From: Octopus bimaculoides
Lineage: Eukaryota
Length of the DNA: 64,000 nt
Assembly: GCF_001194135.2 (NCBI RefSeq)
Contig: NC_068991.1
Coordinates: 56,323,086 to 56,387,085 of the forward strand
Direction of reading: 5' to 3'
Shown here piece after piece: positions 14,957-28,050 of the stretch (position 1 is its first letter; each line of letters starts with the position of its first letter). The translations under genes were made by a program, and so were the position numbers. The notes under the pieces were generated by a model that saw nothing but the letters and a program-made list of their open reading frames with translations, did not search any database and was not told the DNA's origin.

Positions 14957-15506
14957 CATATATATATCCAGGGATATCGAGTTAGTCTCAGAGAGGCAAT
15001 ATAATCCGTTTTAGATAATATTCTGTTTTAATCTATAAACAAAAAAAGATATACTTCTCAATATTCTATAAATAGCCGACTTAGTAACCAACATTAAACA
15101 TTAGTAAATCATTTAAAATTTGTTGCTCAATATAAAATTGAGTGACAGAAGGCAAAATAATAATAATAATAATAATGTGTATGATGACTGACTTATGAGA
15201 TATTCCTTAGAGCAATATGAATGCGTTCTGAAGCAATAATTTGGCCGAAAGAAGATGCATTGACATGGAATGAACGGCTAAATCAGTTACGTGAGAGGTT
15301 GGAACTGCTGACACCGTATCTCTGCAGTGCACTGGACAAATGCAGAGATGCATGAGGGACTCATATACATCATAAATTGAGATTTCATGTGATAGTAAAT
15401 AATAACCACCAGGTCTTTTTACGCACACAAACGAAACGATGTGGCAACACACACACACGCATTATATACCATCATCATAGTGTATGTCTATATGCATATC
15501 TGACAG

Positions 15507-15554
<48 letters not shown>

Positions 15555-16142
15555 TATATGTGAGTGTGTGTGTGTTTATAAGTATTTATGTATCATGTTA
15601 CACCACGAAATAAGCCTTACAAGACGGTGGTATTAATTACACAGCTGTACAGATAGCAATACTTGACCAAGAGGGATAAATCATCAAAACTACAAATATG
15701 ATGATTATCTTTTCCATAATCAAACAGTTTATTGTAAGATCTACTTGATAATGCTAACTCTGAAATAAACCAGCAGTATAACACAACGTAGAGCTTCATC
15801 AGGATAACTAATTTAGTAAAAGCATCAATAACGATGATGATGGTGGTGGTGGTGGTGGTGGTAGTAGTAGTAGTGATAAAAATCGAAATGAAATGCTAAT
15901 GTTTAATAAAAGGTCCTCTCTAGCAAAATAATGCATCGTCTGAAATGATTTAACTGTTTGTCAGTCTAGGTGGACTGTGCAGCTATGTCCGTGTTGGCAT
16001 ACACACACAATATACACGTGTGTGTGTGTGATGTGTATATGTGAAGGTTAACAAGCATTTACTAAGTTAATTACACATTAAACTATATCATGTCTACACA
16101 CACACACACATACAAATATAGCTTCTAGAGGGATTTATTTGC

Positions 16143-16175
<33 letters not shown>

Positions 16176-16411
16176 AGATTAATAATCAGTGATAATGCAA
16201 TGTTTTGAGGGAAGTCTGTATCACCCACAAATACTGAATTCAAGTTTAAACAGAAGAGAACATTATAAACTTAAATGATTTATCCCACTTAGATAAAATA
16301 ATAATAATATCTGTAATAAGGGGCGTTAAACAAAGATGTTTACCATAGTGATGATATTGACAGTGAAAAAATTGATACATAGACATATATGTGTATATAC
16401 ATATATTTATG

Positions 16412-16458
<47 letters not shown>

Positions 16459-16884
16459 GTATATGTATATATATTTGTATGTGCGTATATACATATATTT
16501 GTGTATGCATATATATATTTGTATGTGTGTGTATATACATATATTTGTGTATGCATATATTTGTATGCGTGTGTATATACATGTATTTGTGTATGCATAT
16601 ATATATTTGTATGTGTGTGTATATATATATATTATATATAGATATATTATATATGTATGTATATATATATATATTATATATCGATATATTATATATGTAT
16701 GTATATATATATATATATATGGTGAGTTTGTGTCATTAAAGCTAATTAATATAACACTAACACGATTAGGGAAGTGTCAAATAATTGATTACATTGAAGT
16801 GATAATGGGATGTTTTTAAACGATGCAATATAAACAATGGGTGCATAAACTGATAAAAAAAGAAGATAAAGGAAGAATACTTAC

Positions 16885-17183
16885 AAGAATTCAACCCAGG
16901 AAGGGAGATCTGGTGGGACATGTTGAAATCCCTGTTTACTACAGTCGACGAAAGATCCTAAACAGTTGCATTTAGATGGACACTGGTTATGTGCAGTCCT
17001 AGCAACATACGGTGTAGACATGCTGGATGATGTTTTTTTAGACTTGGTCGTGTTGTTCTTCAACATCTCCGAACCTTTGGCAGTTGCAGAAGATCCAGTC
17101 TGTATAGATAGGATCAAGGAAAACACCAAAAGAAAGACCAACAAGGGGCGACCCATAACTGCCACCACCGCCGCCGCCGCCAT
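16885..17183 (-). CDS. LRIG: coding exon 1 of an LRIG/lambik-like LRR(-Ig) cell-surface protein
   Basis: ATG in strong Kozak context (caacATGG), then a hydrophobic signal peptide (GRPLLVFLLVFSLILSIQ) and the LRR N-cap CPSKCNCLGSFVDCSKQGFQHVPPDLPSWVEFL. The CLGxxxDCS...LPSW pattern resembles LRIG1/LRIG3 as I recall them. A GTAAGT donor at 16884-16879 gives a phase-2 intron (299 coding nt), typical of LRR genes. The paralogue cannot be assigned. Confidence 0.8.
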
Positions 17184-17562
17184 GTTGGTTGAGTGTCAAC
17201 AGCAGCAGCAGCAAAAGGTAGAAATGGCAAGTGATAGTGGGAGGTTAGATTATAGACGTGGTGGGAGGAGGAAAACGGCGATAGTGGTGAAGAAATAAAG
17301 CAAGGAATTTATACATATATGTAATATAATAATGATATATATATATATTATGTATTTGTTTAGAGAAACAGGGGGTTAAAATATAATTTAAATATATTAG
17401 TCGATTGGATAGAAACCACAATAATAATAATAATGATGATGAGAACAGAAGAGGAGGTAGGGGAGCTGTGGTGAGAGTAAAGTTTACAACTGGAGTGGGA
17501 GTGAGAAAAAAATAGTAGGAAAGGCATGAAATAAACAAGTGCGAGATGGTGGTAAGGATCGA

Positions 17563-17606
<44 letters not shown>

Positions 17607-19860
17607 GTATAAATATATATATATTAGGAAGAGTGATTATAATGAGAGGGTGAAGAAGTGAGTGAGTACGAAGCTGAGCAGTTAAAAACAATCTTGTATA
17701 ATAGTGATGGCCATCTAACTATAGCTATGTCACTATATTTATATACAGAATATCCATGAAAATGTTGTCTCTGTAAAAGGAATAAGAGTTTTCTTTTGGC
17801 CAGTAAGTTCCTACATAACAGAGTCTGTTCGTACAGTGTACTTAGCAGACCCTTTAGGAAGAGATTGCGGCGGGGACCGCAATGGTTGGTTGCTGTGGCC
17901 AGGGTCTTCGTAGTTGTAAAGGTCCGTGTCAGTGCTGGTCTATCACTTATCTCTTTGTGAATCACCATGGTACATGTCCTCGTGGGTCATAGATAGACAT
18001 TTTGCTGGTTTTTTCTCGAGCGATACGTTTTACAATTGACTTGAGAAATGTATAAATAATTGTGTTTCTTAGTTAACTGATAATGGCGGTTGATTTTCAG
18101 CTTGTGATCGTGACAGGATGGCCGGCCAGTAAGAGTTGTATGTCTAACTCTTCTCACTCTCTCTCTCTCTCTCATATACTGAACATAGAGAGGAGGGAGT
18201 GCGAGTGGTGGTGGTAGCGGCGGCAGCGCACTGGGTTGCTAGATGTGATGTGTGTTGGAAGCCCAGGACTTAATGTTGAGAAGTTGCTGGGGATAGTGAC
18301 AGTAGTCATAACAGTTGGGGTAGCATTCACACACTCACTTCTCTTGCTCCGACTGCCCCTCTCACAAGGAGGAAGGACACTACTGTTTTTGTGTATAGAA
18401 TAGTGTGGGGGAGTAGTCAGAGAGAGAAATGAGAGAAATACAGGTTATTACACACGGAGGAAATAAAGAGAGATAGAATAAGTGATTAGGTGGTGTGAGC
18501 ACCGGGCAGAGACTAATAGAGAGGTGGAGAGAAATACACGAATGTTATTAGAGAGAGTTGATTTGAAAACAGTTCGGTGATGAGGAAGGTGAAGGGTAGA
18601 TTAAATAAGGGAAGCTATTCAGCAGGGGACATAAAAAAGAATGATGACCGCTAAATCAGGGAGCTACGTTCGGTGTAATTTAGCGCTCCCTGGTTAATAA
18701 AAGAAAAGCATCCAAATACATAGTGTGTAGAATATATAAAATAAATTGCGTTCTATGAAGTGATGAAAGTCTGCAGAGTTAAATATGTTATGTCTGAATT
18801 TGAAGACATATATGGAATTATATAAAAAATGTCCAGAAAGGTGAATAATAATGACACGCTAAATAAGGACTAAAGAGCGTGCATGTTGCTGCAGCTTGCA
18901 GGACTGCACACTGTAAACTGGCCAAGTTCGACATCCGACAGTAATTCAGGGCCGTCATTCATACTCCTCCCTCTCCTCCCACTACGGTGCCACTTTACCA
19001 AACACCAACAGTCATTGGTCCTTCAACGTCACATGACATATTCTACCGACTAAAATTGTGCCGAACTTAAGGAGAGGGGTACTTTTAGTTTTTAACTAAC
19101 TCTTTGGATTTTTTTTCTTCAACTTTTATTTTTAAATTAGCAACACTAAAAATCGAAAAAAAAAACAACAACAGAACAAATAGTAATAAATTGAGAAGAC
19201 ACACAGGAGAAATAAAGAACGACTTGGAATCATCCACTTTACCAAAAAACTTTTTCCATGCAAAAAAAAAGAAGACAAAAATTTTAAGTTCCAATGTGAC
19301 ATATACTTAGAAAAGACCTAAGAATGGCATTTAAATCTATCTTTTCATATAATTTCTGGATAAAAGAAAAGTTGCAATTTTCTCTTCATCAGTGTGTGTG
19401 TTTCTTTTTAATTTGTGAAAGATTTTACTTAATAAATATAGAAATTTTGTAAATTATTCAATACACAGGTGAACTACAGAAAACCTGATCCTTCACTTTA
19501 AAACATTTGAATTATTTTCTGTATTCTTCATTAAGAAATAAAGTTCTATCAATATATTAACTGGTGTTAGGAATGGTGTTCTTCAAATATCCCATTTTTC
19601 TTTATTTTGATACTTTTTCCAAAATTCAGGAAGTGAAAGAACAAAATATTGTTCAGTTTAGGCAAAATGGATACCTATTACAAACTTACAAACTCATTGA
19701 TGTTAATGAGAATAAAGAAACAAAAAACACAAGTTTGGACATTACTGAAGAAAGATAGGTAAATATAAAATTAGGAGGAATACAAGGAAGGTAAATTTTA
19801 TGGTTTTTCTCCATTTATAGTGTGAACATTTAACATATGTTTATACATATACTTACAACC

Positions 19861-19927
<67 letters not shown>

Positions 19928-20018
19928 CATCTATCCATTATCTATCTATCTATCTATCTATCTATTATCTGTCTCTCTATCTCTCTCCTCTCTCTCTCTA
20001 CCTCTCTCTCTCTCTCTC

Positions 20019-20050
<32 letters not shown>

Positions 20051-20060
20051 NNNNNNNNNN

Positions 20061-20091
<31 letters not shown>

Positions 20092-20499
20092 ATATATATA
20101 TACATACATATCTGTATGTATGAGATATATACATATATATATAATATCTATGCATGCATGTGTGCACACACACACTCAAGCATTCACACAGAGACACCTA
20201 CATACACATGCACACATACACACACATGTGAATGCATGCATCAATATATCATGCATAAAACATGCATGTATGTATGTGTATATATATATGTGTGTGCGTG
20301 TGTGTGAAGTTATTGATGTTGATATATAATTACGTCGGCACTACTGTAGAGTTTTACATGCAAACTATTTTGAAGGGATGCATAGGTATGCAGGCAAGTA
20401 AAGATTAAAATAGCAATAAGGACAAATCACTAGGATTTCTTATTGATGTTGTACGGAGGTGAACATTCACACACGCATAAACAAGTGTAAGTATATAAG

Positions 20500-20559
<60 letters not shown>

Positions 20560-20600
20560 GGTATACNNNNNNNNNNGTATACATAAGTGTGTGTATATAA

Positions 20601-20631
<31 letters not shown>

Positions 20632-21053
20632 CAAACACACACATGCACACACATACATACAAACACACATGTATGCAAAGATACAGATGTATCCGTGCAT
20701 GTACATACATATAGATATATGTATGCGTGCTCAGTATGCATGTATGAATGTATGTATCTATCTATCTATCTATTAATCCATCTATCTGTCTTCCCAATAC
20801 ATAAGTATATACATATATTCATACACATACACACATTTACAGGTATTCGCTTTATCGTTCAATTAAACCCATTTGCCTGTACAAGCATTATTTCATTGTA
20901 TAGTATGCATATACTTTATACTATATACATACATGCATACATACACACACACACACACACTCGCATACAAACATACACATGCATACGTATATATGCACAC
21001 ATGCATTTGTATATTAATGTTCACACTACTGAATAGATATATGCATTTAAAAA

Positions 21054-21095
<42 letters not shown>

Positions 21096-21417
21096 NNNNN
21101 NNNNNNNNNNNNNNNNNNNNNNNNNNNNNNNNNNNNNNNNNNNNNNNNNNNNNNNNNNNNNNNNNNNNNNNNNNNNNNNNNNNNNNNNNNNNNNNCGTAT
21201 GTAGTGTGAAAATGGGACATATGTATATACATACATATATCACACATGATTACATGACCGACCAGGCTATCGGATGTTGTTACATATCGCCGGTCAGAAT
21301 GTGCTTTTATATTGTTTTAGCTTTCAAACGACGCCACCCTACTGGTTAGGCGAGTAGGCCAGCAATCCCACCTCCTGACCGAAGGAAGACTGAACACAAC
21401 GCGCCACCCTGTCATAC

Positions 21418-21521
<104 letters not shown>

Positions 21522-21589
21522 CAAAAAATATATATGCATGTATACACACATATATGTATATACTTTCATCTACATGTGTATATAGATGC

Positions 21590-21840
21590 ATATCAGGGTA
21601 CAGGACGTTAGAACAATGAACTACAGACAACGGAACGAACACATAGGAAAACAGAAAGCCACTTGGAATTATTCATCAGCTGCCGCTATTCTAACTCGAC
21701 GTTTCGAAGATAAGGCAGGACGTACTCTAGAATAGTCTCTTCCTGAGTAGTGGATCAACCAACTAAACAGAGGATTCCAAGGTGGCAAACGTAAACCAAG
21801 ACAGGAAAAATGGACAGTGAAAAGGCATAGATAATGTGGT
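21590..21840 (-). mobile_element. Penelope-like terminal-repeat-type element, copy 1
   Basis: Reverse complement aligns by eye to 36850-37130 (ttttcctgtcttg, ggaaga, ctgcctta, tcttcgaaacg, ggcagctgatgaa). Confidence 0.5.
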
Positions 21841-21953
21841 TAACGTATTTATCTATTTGTGGATCTTTTAGCAGAGAACTTTAGAAGCATTTTACTCGGA
21901 CTGATAATCTCTCTCCCTCTCTTCCTCTCTTCCTGATATATATATATATATAT

Positions 21954-22701
21954 CAGTGGCGACTCCGGAACCCGGGTTGTTCGGGCTTAGCCCGAGTATA
22001 AGTTTAGTGAACGTGTATTTGCAAGCTGATTTAATTTCTACCAATACTGACTTCAGGTATGTAATTGCAGCCATTAACTCGGGCTCCTTTTATTGAGCCC
22101 GGTCATAGTTCATTTATTTTCGTTCAGCGTCTGGTGGTCGTCTTAGAGGTGCCCTGTGTCAAAAAATATCCTTCGTGGCAGACGTTCTTTCGACATCGTT
22201 CACACGTGCCTGACTCGGGAAGAAGTTACATCCCGAGTTGTTATCTGTAATCGTAAAAATTAAAAATAATTCAAATTCAATGTTTTCTTGAAACAATAAC
22301 AATCTATAGAGATTAGGATTTAAATTCCAATCTATGAAAAGTTTCCGTTTTAAAATATTCTTAAAAGAAAGAAAAATTTTCCAGCAACTCGTGCTAATAC
22401 GAAAGAGTCTGGTAGGTGTAAAAGACTAACTGGCATCTCTTGTCAAGCGTACAGGCGACAGTCAGATAGCTGATGTTTGTTGTACACCCCGCTGTCGTTA
22501 TTTGATTGCTGTTATTCTGTGCGTCTGTGTGTAAAGATCAGTTGTGTTTTGCAGGATTGCTTTATTTTTACCTTTAACTTAGAAATGGAGAAAGACATAG
22601 TGCTAGATCTATATAAAAAAAGAGGTATTTGGGCTAGAAATATTGCGAAAAATCATGAAATTCTTCGAGCAGGCATGTGTCTTATGCGAAATCTGGTTTG
22701 A
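21954..22701 (+). mobile_element. left end of a DNA-transposon-like element inserted in (TA)n, with a possible HTH remnant
   Basis: Starts CAGTGGCG directly after (TA)n. About 620 bp are highly similar to 54455-55102. Repeated CCCGAGT/ACTCGGG motifs. A short ORF at 22585 (MEKDIVLDLYKKRGIWARNIAK) loosely resembles an HTH. Confidence 0.65.
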
Positions 22702-23816
22702 CGAAATGGTTTGACGAAGCTTGTCTCCGATATAGAAAGCAATGAACAAAATATTCAGTGATGTGAATAGCCACTTTGCTGCATATGAATGTATAGTTCA
22801 CAATTTCCTGTATAGGAGGCGATAGTATAATTCAACCCTAACAGCCAGTGCCTACACTGACCTTGAATTATCTGCTCTCATTACTTTTGTCTGTGACCTA
22901 GTCCCTCTTCTTCACTTTTCTTGGTTCATTCGTCTCTATTGTTCTCATTATTCCTGTAGCTACCAATAGCTCTTCGATTAACTCACGTCTTGCATTTAGC
23001 ATATCTATCCGACCCCATCTCTCTTCCAGATCTTCTCCTACAATTCTCGTAACTACAATTCTCGCAACACCACCTGACACTCTCAGGTATCGATTCTGAT
23101 GTCAAAAACACCCAAAGTTTTGCCGAAAAACTATCGCAGTTAGTTTTCTCTCATATTCATATTTTTGGCTGTCACGCTAACTCTCCAAATATGTTTGATG
23201 TTTTCTTTATCCCAAAGCTAACCTTCACATCATCATCACAGTCTATGCACACTTAAAATCGGTTAATCGGGCTCTAATGCTTCCCACCGAGAACCAGTTC
23301 CAAGCACACCCTCTGTTCTTTAAAGTTCTCTACAAACTTTGCATAAATGATTATAACCATTTTCCTCAAGTAAGCTATCTCGAAAGTGGCACTCCCGTGT
23401 ATAGTGACATCACATTTTCTGCTTGCTTTGCCTCCAATATCATTCTGTACACGTGCGCAAGTACCCTCACACATACTTACACACACACTTACACACACAC
23501 ACGTACTTACACACACACATACAAACACTCATTCACACTTACACAAACATTCATATACGCATACACGCAAACACATAAACACTGACACACGCATACACAG
23601 ACAAACACTTACGCGCATGCACACACGCCCACACAACACACTCACTCATACACATTAACATATACACACACATCACACTCACAAATAACCACTCACTCAC
23701 ACTCACTCACACACACTCACGCATACATACGCACAAACACACAAATATACATACTCTCACGCAGACACTCACCTCTCTCACTCTTAAACACACACTTACA
23801 TACACACACACACACA

Positions 23817-23908
<92 letters not shown>

Positions 23909-24224
23909 CTTCTTTCCACGCAAATACACATTCACAAAGCATCACTTTCCCCGCAACACCAAAGACCTTCATCACCTCTTGAACAGAGACCACAAGTATG
24001 AAAATCTTTGCGGTCCCTTCGGCCGGCAACCAATGGACCCTGCAAGTAAACACTGGCATTACAGGCATCTAACTGTATTCTCCAGCTAACTCGCTCACCC
24101 TGGTCTTTTTTCTGTTTGATGATCTATCTCCATCACCTGAAATCACATAACGAGTCTCATTTCGCCAAACAGTAGCTTCTCAACTGCGTTATGAACCTGC
24201 CACGTCACTTCTAAATATATAAGA

Positions 24225-24600
24225 AATAAAGTCAACGACGGAGCCTCTACATACTTGTTCAACATGCTGAAAATAGATGCCAAATCTCCCTCAAATCATA
24301 CATTTAAACCAACGAGGTAACCTCTGCATAATTGCTTTATCTGCTAAAAATAGAAGCCAAAATCTCCCTCAAACCACGTAATAAAGTCAACGATGTAGTC
24401 TCTACATAATTGCTTCATCTGCTAAAAATAGGAGCCAAAATCTCCTTCAAATCACGCACCGCTGTTTTGTGAAAAGAAACGCTGGATAATGTGATGCTGG
24501 ACTGCAAGTACAAGACGAGATAGTTGAATGCCTGATATTATAGGACTACCCAACCAGGGCTGACCAGGGTTTAAACAACAACAACAGCAAAAACAATAAC
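24225..24600. mobile_element. interspersed repeat with three internal partial tandem copies
   Basis: The unit aaaatag.(a/t)gccaaa(a)tctcc(c/t)tcaaa occurs three times. Related sequence lies at 5900-5960, 6520-6620 and 35060-35230. Confidence 0.55.
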
Positions 24601-26029
24601 AAAAACATATCAGAGATACTCGAGGCAGTTATAAGCAACCACTTCTCTTTTCTGATTTTATATTCATACAAAGATCACATACACAGAATTATTTAATCTC
24701 TTAGTCGGATATTTATAATCTCTCCATCATACATCTACGTTTTGATCATCATTGAGAACTTCGAACTTCGACGACGATAATTTTATTGCCTTTGGCATGA
24801 CAATCACCAACTAAAATTACCTCACTTATTGGTACCATCCATTTAGATTGTTTTGGATTAGAAGTCTCCTATTAGACCTCTCAATCATAACAGGTACCGA
24901 TAACCCTTCTCAGATTTACGTTCCATTAACTTATTTTAATAACCTAATCCTGAACAGTAATAAAACATATAGTCCATACGTATATCTTTTTATCTTTTGT
25001 CTTTTACTTGTCTCAGTCACTAGACTGCGGCCATCCTGGGGCACCGCCTTGATGAGTCTTTTTTTCAAACTGATCGATCCCAGAGTTTACTTTCGGTTTC
25101 TAAGTGGTATTTATTCAACCGCTCTCTTTCGTCGAACAGTCAAGGTACGGGGTTGTTAAGCGGTGAGAGGGGACAACCACAAAGACACACACACACACAC
25201 GCACGCACACGCACGCACACACACACACACACACACACATACAAACACACACCCACATACTTCTATGCATATATATGTGTGTTTATGTATTTGTGTGTGT
25301 GTGTGTGTGTATGTCTTTCTTTTGCTCACCCCACTGCTTGAACAACCGGTGTTAGTGAGTTTACCTCCTCGTAACTTAACAGCTCGGTAAAAAAGACGGA
25401 TTGAATAAGCATCAGGCTTAAAATAAGAATAGGCATGGGGTCGATCGATCGATCGATCGATCCATCTGTACATACATACATACATACATACATAACTCTA
25501 TATATTGTATACATACATACATGCATACATACATATATATATACATATATATATATACATATATATATACATATATATATATANNNNNNNNNNNNNNNNN
25601 NNNNNNNNNNNNNNNNNNNNNNNNNNNNNNNNNNNNNNNNNNNNNNNNNNNNNNNNNNNNNNNNNNNNNNNNNNNNNNNNNNNNNNNNNNNNNNNNNNNN
25701 NNNNNNNNNNNNNNNNNNNNNNNNNNNNNNNNNNNNNNNNNNNNNNNNNNNNNNNNNNNNNNNNNNNNNNNNNNNNNNNNNNNNNNNNNNNNNNNNNNNN
25801 NNNNNNNNNNNNNNNNNNNNNNNNNNNNNNNNNNNNNNNNNNNNNNNNNNNNNNNNNNNNNNNNNNNNNNNNNNNNNNNNNNNNNNNNNNNNNNNNNNNN
25901 NNNNNNNNNNNNNNNNNNNNNNNNNNNNNNNNNNNNNNNNNNNNNNNNNNNNNNNNNNNNNNNNNNNNNNNNNNNNNNNNNNNNNNNNNNNNNNNNNNNN
26001 NNNNNNNNNNNNNNNNNNNNNNNNCACTC

Positions 26030-26290
26030 AAAGAGTGTAGTGGGTGCTTTTACGTGTCACCCGCACGAAGGCCAGTCAGGCGGTACTGGCAACGGCCACG
26101 CTCAAAATGGTGCAATTTATGTGCCACCCGCACAAAAGCCAGTCCAGGGGCACTGGAAACGATCTCGCTCGAAAATCAACACGAAGGCCAGTCAGGCGGC
26201 CCTGGTAACGGTCACGCTCAAAATGGTGCATTTCATGTGTCACCCGCACGTGAGCCAGTCCGGGGGCACCGGCAACGATTTCGCTCGAGA
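26030..26290. repeat. GC-rich A-B-A-B tandem repeat of roughly 65-bp related monomers
   Basis: cacgaaggccagtcaggcgg...cacgctcaaaatggtgca alternates with cacccgcac...agccagtcc.ggggcac.gg.aacgat.tcgctcga. Confidence 0.75.
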
Positions 26291-26559
26291 ATATATACAT
26301 ATACACATGCCCACACATACACCCACGCACTCTCACACATTGCACACGCGCACACACGCATGAGTATAAGTGTGAGTTTGTGTGCTTTGGTTTACTCATC
26401 GATGTCGATGTGATGACAACGAGGCTAACGATGTGTTGTCGAAGTTTTCTGAAGGCGTTGAACAAAATGGAAACCTTTCATACAGTCTAATACTACGACA
26501 ATGTGGGCGTTCAGGTGCGTGCATATCTACATGTGTATAAACGCACATATTGTTCGCTT

Positions 26560-26994
26560 TAGGTGTCTATGCGAGTATGTGAATGTGGGGGTGTGTTCGC
26601 AGCTGGCTGTGTAGTGCTTGTGTGTGCATGTATACATATATATATGTGTACATTGTGTGTGTGTGTGTATGTGTGTATGTGTGTATGTGTGTGCGTGTGT
26701 GTGAGTGTAGGCGTTGTGTGTGTTTGCTCATATATAAAGTAGTATTCAACTCTGTATGATGTTTTCAGTGAGAAGTTTGTCAGTGTATGTAAATGTATAT
26801 ATGTTCGTATGTGTGTGTGTGTGTGTGCGTGCGTGCGTGTTTGTGTGTGTGTACATGTGAATCTATATAATGCTGTGTATATGTAATGCTCTGAAGATGT
26901 ATGAAGGTATGTGTAGCAGCAAAAATGGGTGTGTTTGAAGATGTTGTGTGTGTGTGTACATGTGTGTATCTGTATGTGTGTGTGCGCGTGTGTA

Positions 26995-27031
<37 letters not shown>

Positions 27032-28050
27032 TTGTGTGTGTGTGTAGAGTTGCGTGATGCTGTGTAAATACTACTGGGAGAGCGAATGTGTAGCTGTGGG
27101 ATCAGATAAGATGAAAAGATAACGAGTGTCAAGGAAGGCGTGTATGTGTGTCTATGCATGTGTGTGCCTGCGTGCGCGCGCATGCACGTGTGTGTGGGTG
27201 TGTGTATGTGTGTGTATGTGTGTATGTGAGGCTTATGCGAAGCTACATAACGNNNNNNNNNNCTATGTATGTGTGTGCCTGCGTGCGCGCGCATGCACGT
27301 GTGTGTGGGTGTGTGTATGTGTGTGTATGTGTGTATGTGAGGCTTATGCGAAGCTACATAACGATTTGATGTATTAGAGTAATATATGTGTGATTGTAAA
27401 TGTGTGTTTGTATGTGTGTGTGTGTGGAAGATTGTCTGTGAGTTTCACTGTGTGTGTGTATGTGGTGTGTATGCTGCGTGTGTTTGTGTTTCTGTGTGTA
27501 TGTGTGTGTGTGTGTGTGTGTGTATGAGGTTATAGAAAGCTGTATAACGATGTAATGTATCTGAGTGAGAATAATTGTGATTTAATGTGTGTCTGTATGT
27601 GTGTTTGTGAATGTGTGTTTTTCTGTATGTGTGTGTTTCGGTGTATGTATGTGTATGTGTGACTGAGTGTGTGTATGAGTGTTTGGTTGTATGTGTGAGT
27701 GTGTGTGTGCGTGTGTGTATGTGTGTGTGTGCGCGTGTACTTTGTATAAATATGAAGTAGGAAAATATTCTATGTAAATACAGTGAGAATATGACGGTTT
27801 GGTGAGTCTGTGAACACACACACTCACACATACACACACGCACTCACACACACACACGCACTCACACACACACACACATACACACCACACCACACCACAC
27901 ATACCAAAACAACATGGCATGCGAAGGCTGTATGTATGTGTTTGTGTGTGTATATATGTAGGAGTGTGTGTGTGATCGGCAAGAGCGTGTCTATGTGTAT
28001 CTGTGAACGAATATTTATGCAAGAAAGCTATTGGGAAGCTGCGTGATACC
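26560..28050. repeat. long compound (GT)n/(CA)n low-complexity tract
   Basis: Degenerate dinucleotide repeats are directly visible. Confidence 0.9.

Noticed and set aside
15621-15759. Apparent minus-strand exon bounded by tttcag and gtaagg
   Set aside because: The frame continuing from exon 1 hits a stop after five codons, and there is no LRR pattern.
15770-15805. Other CTGANGA hits (minus strand at 2277, 7387, 15797, 19386, 53048, 53490; plus strand at 2749, 19744)
   Set aside because: None is followed by a stem and GAAA in the required arrangement.
24225-24470. Repeat-spacer-like arrangement
   Set aside because: A eukaryotic repeat with degenerate partial duplications of unequal length, and no cas genes; not a CRISPR array.
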